Source: Aplysia californica
Lineage: Eukaryota
Assembly (NCBI RefSeq): GCF_000002075.1
Contig: NW_004797380.1
Location: 299,512-363,511 of the forward strand
Direction: 5' to 3'
Length of the DNA stretch: 64,000 nucleotides
The notes under the pieces are model-generated. The model was not told the origin of the DNA and did no database searches. It saw only the letters and a program-made list of their open reading frames with translations. Positions 51,401 to 63,400 of this stretch are shown here, piece after piece. Position numbers and translations under genes: made by a program. The first letter of the stretch is position 1. Each line of letters starts with the position of its first letter.

Positions 51401-54400
51401 CCATCTTTGAACAGACTTTCATGTGGTATATTTTTTACCTTTGGTATAAATAGAAAGCCTTTAAATATACCGTCAAAGTTATCAAAGATCACTTTTTAAA
51501 TACAAAATATGTAAGATACTGGCTCTAAAAAGGTACCGATAGAAAGATCAGTTCATTTTAAACTATTTTGCCTCAGTCCTTCTACAAAACTCCGAAAGCA
51601 TGTGATCCTCCCCCACTCAGTACACAACAATGGTATAGAGCCGACTGGCTCGCTGTTGGAGCCGGTGCGGCGCTGGCTGGGACAATGCTTGTTGTTTTTA
51701 TTGAAATAACGACAGATCATTGTGTTTGAGGCAATAAAATATTGCTTTGAAATTATCTGTCTTGAAAAATAGGCTCCATGTCTATGTTATGGTGATTGTA
51801 CTTTGTGTTAATGTGGAGATGTTTGATGCACTTGGTACTCTTTTATTATCTGTCAAACGTGGAGTTGCAACCAGTTAGTTTAGTGACTTTAGCAATATTT
51901 GATCATATTTAAAGCAGGTTGCATTTTCTTTAAAATAGACTGAGAGGTAAAAGAATGGTACCAAAATTCTCAAGAGACACAGGCTTTTTGTACGGAACCT
52001 AAATTTGGCTTACAGCTACTTTGAAAATTTAGTTTGTGGTACCTACTATTATGTGGATTAGTATATATTGTATGAGCTCTAGAAACCATTCATCTCTTTT
52101 GAATTTCAAGTGAGGGATTTTTGCTTTATTGTGAAGCATACTTTATTATTTGACAGCTAATTTGTTGAGATAATGTTAAGTCTGGGTGCACTCTTTCTTG
52201 AATATCACTTAACCTCAATTTGCATAAAAACGATATATTTTTCCCATATGACAAGTATTAGGGAATGTACACTTGAGTTCTAGCTGTCTAAAATTTGTTT
52301 TACCCATCAGGCTACTTCAGAAGATGAAGAAAGAAAGGAACGTGAGAAGCAGGAACGCATTGAAGCCAGTTTGAAGAAAAGAGAAGAGGAAGTAAAGCAA
52401 TCATTGTCAACTTCCTTGAGAGAGAGAGACAAAGAAAGAGAACAGCACAAGAAAGATGAAGCCATTCAAACATTCAATGCACTTCTGGCCGATCTGGTTG
52501 GTGTCCATAGTTCTAATTGGTGTCTTTGTGCTGTATTTATAAACGAGGCATTTAGTGCTAGCATCTTTTAATCCAAAAGCGACACTTTCATGAGTTCAGA
52601 AAGCAGAGGCATGGTTTTTTTTAGTTTTTAAGCAGTCCATGAGTGATGTCCATTTTTGTCCTCAAGGTCTTTTTGTTTGTTTGTGTTGTTATGTCTTAGT
52701 TAATATTCTGGATGAAGAGGTGCTTTTAGTAGTGGTATATGAAACCTAATGTGCCATGAATGGCTCATTGCAGGAGATCATGACATATCCCACAGTGTTT
52801 AGGAATCTCTTGCGGGCAGATTTTTATGGCTAACTATAATTTCATGGAAATATTGCGAAGTTAAGAAATTACTCTGAATTTTGTAGGTCAAAATGAAATT
52901 TGTAATTTTATGGTGTCATTGTTATATTTTATTTCCGTTCACCTCTGAAGGCCATTTTTCATCCTGGTTCATTGTGTCTCAGTTAAATGGGGAAAAATCA
53001 GATCTGTGAGTTTAAAAAAATACTGAAATTTAGCAAAGTGAATTTCTTTGAATTCAGTCCTACTTTTGTTGATCATGCTCAGTGTTTTATTTAGCTAATG
53101 TCTTTGATTGTTAAGTTCATGGTCTGTTGAGAGAGTTAATTAGTCTAGAAATAAGAAGATTGATAAGGTACATCTTTATTGTCCAAGTCTTGGCACATTG
53201 GTTTGGTGTTTCACCACGTACATAAACTCGCACACTCGCAGGCACCCTCACACCACCCACACACAGACACGCACACATAAACATGCACACACACGCATAT
53301 GTACGCACATGTGCACACCCATATACACACACACTCTTCCCTCAGACATCCTATCTTCCACACACATCTGTGCACATAACCATGATAATATAATAGTATA
53401 CTTGCACTCACTAACAGGCTCACAGTCACATGCATAATATAAATGAACAGTAATATAAACAATAATAATGCTAATCTAGGTACGTATTCAGTATTTTGAT
53501 TGTAACTCTATGGTATTTTGATGCATGCTCTAAGGTCATATCAATACTTAAAACAAGATGATTAAGATGGAAGAAATTTGATGGATGATGGTAAGAATGA
53601 CCTTCACCTTTCTTTGTTACAGATGAGAAGCCTCAGTCTTTACTTTTGACTGATATTTTTATTTGAGGGAACGAGGGATGTTTATTGTCCAAAAAGATGG
53701 AATTAATTTTTCTAGTGCAAGCTATAATGTATAATTCATCGAAGTAGGGGAATAAAGATGTTGAAATTTTGCATGCTTTCTGTATTAATTGATGCAATTT
53801 TTCTTTATATTTTTGTCATGTGTTCCCGGTCCTTGCTGTTATACAGAAATTGATCATACTTTCTATGGTTGAATGATAGAATATGGACATCAATGATTTA
53901 TCAACTTTAAAATACATGAGCTACCTTAGAAAAAGTTTTTTTTATGCAGGAGGGAAGTGTGGACATGCCAGTCCAGTTTGTTGCCATACCCAAATACTTA
54001 TAATCTGATACTTGCTCGAAGTTTTCATTTTTGATTTCGAGTTGCTTCTTCTTTTCTATTAAACATCTATCTTTCTTATCTCCCTTTCTTCTTTTTTTAT
54101 GTTTGTTACTCTCTTGTAACACCTCTAATCTTCTGGCGCTCATATGACCTTATGCAGTTGCGAGCGCGGTAAAACTTCTACTAAAACTAAGCAAACACTT
54201 AAACACTTCTCCCATGGTGATATGCAAATTGTAGAGAGTCCTGGATAGGTTCAATGTATATTCGTAATCTTTTGAGCACAATTTTTTCAAGGGAGTTTAT
54301 AACTACGGATGTTAAAGCTATTTGTTTCAGGTAATTCATTTGTTATTTTTTCTTTCTTGTGTATTAAAAAAAAAGAAGTAAAATTGCTAAGTGGGAAAAG

Positions 54401-57400
54401 ATGTTGACGATGCCTGTTCTGTTAACACGACTCCTGAAATAATGCTATCTCTTCGCAGGTTCGCAATTCTGAAGTGACGTGGCGAGACACTAGGAAACAG
54501 CTTCGTAAAGACCACCGATGGGAAATGACTGACAGTCTTGAGAGGGAAGAGAAGGAAAAGCTGTTTGAGACGCACATCGAGGGACTGTTCAAGCGGAACA
54601 GAGCCATGTTTCACTCTCTCCTGGATGAAACAGAAGTGAGCTCCTACAAATGACAAACACTCTGTAGCATGTTAACCAGGGGACAATTGGCTTTGGGATA
54701 AGTTGTTGTAACTTACCAATATTTATAGATATTTTATAAGGACTTTGTTTCAGTCATTCCTTATCCCTATACAGAATTATTGAATGAATCCCACTAGATT
54801 GTGTTTAGTGTTTTTCACTAGATTGGGTGGGTTGAGTTGTATGTGTTCATTTTGCTTTTTAACTTTTAGGAAGAAAACATGTTTACACCAAAGAGATTAT
54901 TATAGTACTAGAGGTTGCACCTATGTCACCCACGTAAATTCATTATGGCTGTGCGGGCCCACTCAGCTAGCTTTGTCGCCATTTTTGAGAGGATTAGAGA
55001 CAGTGCTGTCATGCTGCGCGTCCCTCGCAAAGCCTAGGTCTAAATCGAGTTTGAAGCTCAGTTCAGTTTTATTTTAAGTTTTCATTTTGTTTGCTGCAGT
55101 TGTTTAATTAATCATATAACATACGCGCATACACAACACCGCACCTGCTGACCGATTGTGGGAAACATAAAAGAAATTAAATCTGGGCTACAAATGAACA
55201 GAGATATATAATATGAGGTATTGTTTGTCTTTCCCGGTTGGGGTGGGGGAGGGTCGGAGGGAGACATAGTGAGGGATTGAGTTTAAGAAAAAGGACAATT
55301 TCATACTTACAAAATGGATTGCTTTTATGTCATGTTGTCTACACTCTCCTACTGATGCAAAGCCTAGGCCTTCATAGAGTATGAAGGGGGGTTAAGACTG
55401 GGTTAATTATTTAATATATTAATTCGTTATTGTCTCAAAATGAGAAATTAACTGAAGGCTGGGATACTGTAAATCTCTCATTGTCTTGATCCTGTGCGCA
55501 CACCCAAAGAGCGTTGTTTAATATCGGGCACAAATAATTATATATATATTGACATTTTAAAATCCAGCACTTAGATAAATAGTCAGTTTATCTTAAACAT
55601 TCACAATATTTTCTAAAATTGGCGTTGATTGGCAATGGTGTTAAGCTACACAACACCTCATCTTCCGTGAACCCCTGCTGCTGTTGTTGCACATATGCTG
55701 TTTGGCATCGGTTCCGCAAATGAGACAATATTACGCCAGTCTTATTGGCGGTTAGTTACGCCTGATTGGCTACTTTATATTCTCTCATCTCAACAACATC
55801 GACAGAGGTTCTTTCGCATTCAGCCAGCCTTGAAGGTGTGCTAGAGTTGCAGCTGAAGCTTCTAGCAGCTTCTCAGTCACATTCTTGATTCCAGAGGGCC
55901 GATACGAGCGCTTTGTTGTCAGCGGTGCTAAATCTAAACATGCAGTTTGAGCGACGCACAGCAAAAGACTTCAATAAAATTATGGGTTTTTTTTGTTTTA
56001 GCAAGTGATCATCAAGTCCATCTCATTCATTTGTTTCGGAATTTTACTCACCCATGTTGTCACAGCGTGTAAAAGGTCCGATTTGCATTATTTGGAGATT
56101 TTCTGGCTCATTTAAAGGTAAACTATCACAAAAAACCCTTTGAGTACATTTTAGCGATAGGCAAATGACATGAGAAAGAAATGAACATCGAAAGACTTGG
56201 CAAGTGATCATTAATCCGTGATAGAAAAGTATTGCTGTGCAGGGACTTGCCTTTTATTCTTCTCAGGAATGGCAGCGAGCCCCTCAGGTTTGACACTCGT
56301 GACGTCAGAGCTAAGACCTCTAGTTTTTTTTATAACCTCTTTGTGTTTACACAAAAATGTGACCGATTTCTTTAAAGAAGTCCTGAAAAAAAAAAAATGG
56401 GTTACTAAACCAAATTAATATTGTTGTTATAGGTAATGGGGGAGGATTAGACATTGGCTCTTTGAGAAAGCTCTGTGGGTTTAGGCTTGTCTTCTTCTTA
56501 TGCATTTAAGTACTACTTTTGAAGCCTAAGTATATTAGTTTTTAAAAGGTTACACCTTTTGGTTTGTATCTATGTCCTTTTTTTTTTTCAGATTTCCCTT
56601 ACTTCGACGTGGAAGGAAGTAAAAAAGCAAATAAAGGAAGATCCACGTTATACCAAGTTTTCGTCAAGTGACAGAGTATGTAGAATTTTTTTTTTGTACC
56701 TTAACCACCCACACATTCTATTATCTCTCCCAATTAATACCAAATAATATTCCTGTAACTTGTAAACTCATTTTAAAAAAATTGAATTTGAAATAATGCA
56801 GTGTTACATATTTTGAAAAGGGACATTCATTAACCGGAGCCAAAGTACTTGTTTTTAAGCTTATCTTTGCTTCCTTTTGGTCTGTATTCGTTTCCATTCA
56901 TATGTCAGTTCTTTGTAAAATTCTCTCAAATAATTGTGAGCTTTAAAAAAAAAATGAGGCCTTCGTCCATTTATGTTATCTACCTCAGGAAATCTGTGGT
57001 TATAGAACATTTTGGGTGGATTTTGAAATGTTGTGAGGGATTTTGTGACCTCTAGTGAAATTGAAAATCTAAATATCTCACAAGAAAATTTTGCCTCTGA
57101 CACTTAAAGGGTTAACACATTACACCCTAAGGGCCTGGACGGGAAGTCCATTCCTAGATCCTAAGCAAGGGGAAAGAACCCACCTCCCCTGAATACTAGC
57201 CTTTAAAAAACACATTTTAAAAATACTAAACAAATTCCAAAAATCCTGAAAAAATAAAAGTTAAAAAGAAAACTGAATGTAGTTTCAGAAAAATATAACT
57301 TTATGTATGCGCAAACTGTTGGAAATGTTCTCACTTTAGTTCAATCGGGGTGTCCGACCCGTCACTGTCACTCTCAGTCTCAGCCTCGCGGTCGGGCCCT

Positions 57401-60400
57401 AGACTAGATCTAAATTCTATAATTTCTCCGTCTGATCAATCGGAATCGCCCCAAACTCTTCCTACAACGTTTTCATAAAAATCTGAGCCATCTGATTTGT
57501 CACATGCTCGTTTTTGCTCAAATCCATCGTTATTTCCGTTTTCGAACTCAATTGTGTCGCTTTTCAACAAGTCGAGGCACTTTCGAAGTGTCGGTAACGC
57601 GATCGCACTTCGATCAGCTCTAATACTAAAACTAAAACTACTAGCCCGAAAAATTTCGTTTCGGTATCAAACGAAAGAAGAAACTTTTTGCTATACTATG
57701 CAAATCAAAATCCCGGCCCCAGAGTCTCGTCAAGGCGAGACTTTCGTTTCTAAAGACGCTGGGTCGGCGCGGGCGGTTCCGGGCGAGTCAGGGTGGAGCG
57801 CGTAAGGGAATTCCCGGGCGAGTTAGGGTGTAATGTGTTAAGAAAGGTTGATGATAATGTCTTTGTGAAATATTCTTGTTGTTTTTATTATAATTGTATT
57901 TTTAAAAATCTGTATTTCCTCAGAAAAGAGAAAAGGAGTTCACAGTTTATATGCACGAGAAATTCACAAATGCTAAAGCTGATTATCGCAACTTGTTGAA
58001 GGAGACCAAGGTTATCACATACAAGTGAGTGAACATTTGTCCTCTGGACTTTCAACACTTTGCTGCCTCAGCTCGCCGATCGGCCATGTTTACCACACAG
58101 TTTCTTTGGATTTTCCCCAAAATGCCTTTGCCTTTGATGGCAAGAGTTTTTACAATATGAGCCTTATGATGGCAAAGTGTTAAATACATGTTAAAAGCAA
58201 CTATAATTCAGTGCTTCCAGTTTTCCAGCAATTCCGCAAATTTATAGATTTCCTCAAATGGAAAAATTTCGTGAAAATCAGTGCTAAAAAAAAATGATTT
58301 AAAAAATGATTTTTTAAAATGCGAAATAAAAATTTTCTGTAATTACTAATAGCAGCAACAATCGCCGACCCATTCCGGAAGTGCTCTTTTATATGAAAGT
58401 GTAGACAGTGTCTTTCACTTTCTAGAGCACAAGCAGAGCACCAGCACTGTAAACATGGGGAAGAAATGTGGTTCAATAGATCTTGGGCCTGCCAAGAAAA
58501 GAAAACTCTAAAGAGAGCTTAATTTTTTATCAACTTGTTGTGTAAATATTGTTGTGGATTTAAGTTGAACATAAGCTGTCAAGTTATTTAGATCTAGCTA
58601 TTATTAACTTGAGTGCTGTACTATTATAGGGTGTACAGTACAAGGGAGAACAGCATGGCCTTGGATCATATTATGGTGCAAACCGACACAAGCAGAAAAA
58701 AAGTTGAACATTAACTGTCAAGTTTTATAGATCTAGCTGTTATACTACTGTTGTGGATGTACAGTACCGGTACAAAGGAGAAAGCAGGGCCTTGGATTTA
58801 TATGGATTAGCACAAGCAGAAAATTATGTATGCAAGGTATGTTTTTTCTCACTATTGTCTTGTTAAATTTCGTCTTGAATAGCCAGAAATGGCATATTTA
58901 GGATGCTCCGAAACGAAAAAATCTCAAACATAAAGGCCTCCTGTCAGGGTGCTGCCCTGGACCTGAAATTCCTCGAAAAATGACGTCGGTTGCAGGAAGC
59001 CCTGATAAATACTGTCTTTGTACTAAAGGTACATGTACATTCTCTAATTTTGTGAAACTGAGAAGGAATACATTGAAAAAAAATAATAACTTCTTCATAA
59101 ATAACTACCTTTCCGTTGCCACAGTAGACATTATATTTGGCATAAACTTTGTCTTGCTGGAAAGCTTATGACTCAAAAGAAGAGAAAAAATACTGATCCA
59201 AATTTTTCTCCTGGGGTGGGTGGGTGGGTGTGTCATGTTCAGTTTTTTTCTTATGCTATAATTTATTTTTCATTCGACCTTATGTCATGACTACACAGTA
59301 AATATTTTGCATTCTATTTTTTAACAGAACTAAGAAACTAGTTGAGGAGAGTGAAGGCCACCTTGATGATATCGAGAAAGTGTTGGAGGTAAATGTTTCA
59401 CTTCACCCTTTGTCTTATTCTTTTCCTTTGTGCTTCCTGAAAATCAAAATGACCTAATGCATATGTGTCTAGACGCTGTGAAATCAGGCGATCGTCAATT
59501 TTTGGACATGTGGAGTTATTGGTATCGTCTGAAAGCTTATTAATTTGTTTTGCTTTCAATGAGAAAAATACCCATCTATCTTGAATAGTAGTCGAGATAT
59601 CTGTGATTGAAGGAGGTGAGGTCGCCTGGTTTCAGTAGTGAAATTAGAGAGGAAATGACCGCCAAGGTTTGACAACTCAAATAGCTAGAGAGTCCTTGAA
59701 AACTGGAAAATGACATTTTTTGTGCCGTCAATCGTTTTTTTCAGCAAAGTTCACATGGAAATATGTTTTTGTTTAGACATGAAAGGGGTTGAGCCAAAAA
59801 ATAAAAAATCTATAAAAATTGCCTAACTGGCGGGAAAATGCCTGTTTCTCCGATTTTGTTATTTTGACGAGCACCTGATTTCCCCATGATTCCTCACATA
59901 TGGTATAGTTGAGAGAATCTGGACTCCTCATGAGGGAATTTAAAAGGGGGAGGGGGGCATTCAACCTCATGCCACTGTACTAGTAGGAGCAAATCTGTTT
60001 TATTTCTCCTTCAGTGAATAAAGGAACAAGAGATCATGAAATTGTAGTGATATTTGTAAGTTACTGTGACAACTTTTCCCATTTATGAACAAACCAGTTT
60101 CATTAAAAAATATAAACTAATGTACAAAAGTTTTAAAAATTAACAAAATAAATTGAGGTAGCCAACCCAGTACTGGTACTAATACTGAGAGTAATTTGTC
60201 ATTTACAAAAAAAAAGTCAAAATACCAACCAGATCTAGATTCTAGATAAAATGTTTCACATGATCATCGGTCGTGCCAAGCTGGAAAATAATAAACTTTT
60301 TCCTCTGCTTGCAAACAGCATTATGAACGATGCATTTATAATGTTAGTGTGATTTTTTAAATAATGGCCCTAATTTTGAGTTTTGAGAAGTTGTACTTAA

Positions 60401-63400
60401 GAAAAGTAAATTCAGTATTGAAGAAAAACTCTGAATTTTGAGAACTGCTTAATGGTAACAGATTTTGTAAAAGATTTGGTCTGCTCTAACTTTTTAGGAG
60501 ATTTATTTTGCAAGCATTTTTAAAGAATGAATTTCATGACTTTATCGTTACCTGATATACATACTTGAACGAGGAGGAAAAAACACCTTGTAAATAGGAG
60601 GCTAGTGATTTGAATTGTAAAGTTCTTGCCTTTCATACGAAAGTGTCTTTTTTGTGGTTAGAGGATACCTTTGATTTTTCACATTCTCTATCCTGGTGGG
60701 TGGTCAATTGGTGCTCTGGTGTAATTAGCTTCTTTTTTTCCATCAAACATCTATTGTCGTTATCTATCCTCCTTTTTTGTGTTTGTTACACTCTAGTAAA
60801 ACCTCTAGTCTTTGGGACGTATATGACCTAGTTGTGTTGCAAATGCTGCTAAACTTTTGTTAAAGAACTCTCTTGGGACTGGTAGTATTGAGTACCTTGT
60901 TTACAGAAAAGGAAGATGAAAAATATGGATCAGCGGCAGCTACATTACACACATTAGGGACTCCTTTACGCCATGATCGCAAGGTTGTAAAGTAGGCGGG
61001 CATGGATAGCTCAAATAGTCGGGGATTGACAAATGTGTTCAAAATCCATATTTGGGTTAACCGACAAGATAATGAAAAATTGAAGAAATACATGTCAGGG
61101 AATTCATTCGCGGGGGACATTGACCAAGATAGCCCAAAACCGACTGAGTTGGAGATCCTTTGTTGCTGCCCTAAATGCCAGATGGTGTGACGGGTAGTAA
61201 GTCAGGGAATGGCAAATTGTACAAACTGTCCATGGTTTTGAGTGTTCTGTGTTTGTGTTACCTGTTCCCCAGCTGTAATTCTTGCCCAAAGCTGAAGAAA
61301 CTAGTTTGTCTAGATTCTTGAGATTGCTTTTGAAAAAGGAACAGTTGTCAGAAAGGCAAGGGGCGCTACATTCTTCTAGTACAAAAATGGGCCATTTATG
61401 TAAAATCAGTTGGTGGTTTTAAAGGTTTGATACATTTTTCTTATTTGTATACAGCAGAATTTAAACGGTTTGGGTTAAAAAAAAATTTTATTGTTGAAGT
61501 CACATCTTCTAAGGCTTTTTCAAGAAGTAATGGGGACTTCCAAATTTTTCCTGTTTTGCATTTTGGAGGAGATGAGGCGCTGGGTCCATAACTACTATCC
61601 AGTTATGAGAGGAGTGAAAACCAGAGTTAAACATCAAAGTCATCCACCAATAAGATGTAATTAATGTCAAAGAAGCAAGTTCTGCTTGTAATTACCAAAA
61701 TACGCAAATACGGCGAAGCTAGCTCTGTCTGAATATTTAAATTTACCAATGAACAGCGGTTCCTTTGTTTTTGATGGGTGTAGAAGCTTGAAAGATGTCT
61801 CGAAAACGCATGTTAACGACCGACAAAGTACTTTTTGAAGTGGCGCTGGGTTGTGAGGGGGGAATGAGTATTTTGATGAAAGTGACTCTGAATAAAGTGC
61901 CGTAAATTCCATTGTGGATGATAACAAACAGGACTTAGTCTCATCTAATAGCGATTCAGTTCATGAAGGGGTCAGTACTGGAATTTGTGCTGTATCGATG
62001 GGTAGAGCTAGATCTATAAAATTCAATGGGACGTTGTGTGCGGCAATCAGGGTCAAGTTGGAGGGTGAAATACACCTCAGAATCTACATTCTGCTATTGG
62101 TGTAATTCTTAACCACATACATTTGCAAAAACTACTTTCAATTTGTAACATAACTGCCAAATTTCATTTAAAAACGTAAGAGTAAACGTAAGAAATAAAG
62201 CACTTTGAAATATATCCTGAATTCCTACTCGTAGGACGCGGCTGCCCCAGGATGGGGACAGAGTCCGTGGGGGTACGGCCAAGATAAAAAGAGTTAAAGA
62301 TCACTTGGTGGTCCAAAATTGATAAGAGTAGGCTTTGGCTGCCACCTGAGCAAAATTCAAATTTCCTACCAATTGAAAAGGTTTGGTGTGTCCCGCGCGC
62401 TCATTAGACCTTATGCAGTTGCGAGCGCCGTAAAAACCTTACCCCCAAAAAAAGACAAGGGAAGAAGACTCGGATTGGCAAACCCAGAGAAAATTGATAA
62501 AATATTTTCAATATATTGAATTTTTGAGTTTTTTTGCGAGAAAACATCCTTTGATATCTGTTCTATCGGGTCACAATGACGAAACTGTTGGAAAAAAACA
62601 CCCTAACTGACCTAAAAGGGCGTTTGAAAAGTGCATATTGAACAAAAAATCCTTTAAAAAATTCCTTTTTTCCGTTTTTCTCATAATCTGCCTTTTGACA
62701 TAATATGTGACCTCCTTGGTGCAAGGAGTTTTCAAAAACTACTGGAGCTAGAAGCTTCCAATTTTGGCATGCAAGTGCTTTAAGGTCTATTCTGAGGGTC
62801 CATGTGAGGAAACTGAGTAATATAGGTCACTTGTGGAAATATTCACATTTTTTGTAACATATACCCCAAAGTTTCGTCAACTGATTCTCGGGGGTCCATT
62901 GACTTTGGGCTCACATTTGTATTTTTAAAGATGGTCAAAATCCTTACAAAGATCCACAGTCCATATAGGTTTGCACTTGTGTGCCAAATTTCAGGCTGTA
63001 GTTTCAATATTTTCGATGAAATTTTTTCACACTAAAAAACTGGTCTGAAAATCTAAGATGGCCTCCACAGAGACCCAATTTTCAGAAAAAAATCAACAAA
63101 TTCACCCATAGTACGGGGGCTCTCGTGGCCTAGAGGTTAAGGTGTTGGCCTCTCATTCAAAGGTCCCGGGTTCGAATCCGGGTAGCGACTGAAAAATTTT
63201 CTTCTCTACAATTGTCTCCTTTCAGCTCCTTTCCAGCTCTCTAGCAATGTTCTGTTGTCTGCTTTCATTTCCACTTTCTGCCGCCACCCCCTCACCTCCT
63301 TTGCCCCCTCCTCTGGGCTCCTGACTCTTTCTGCAGCCTTTCTCCTGCTTCTCCTTGGCTCCTCCTTACTACTGTCTTTCTGCCACATCCCTGATCTTCT

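Noticed and set aside
63115-63190. tRNA gene
   Set aside because: Acceptor and anticodon stems pair poorly, and the head runs into a SINE body with tail, TSD and paralogous copies.
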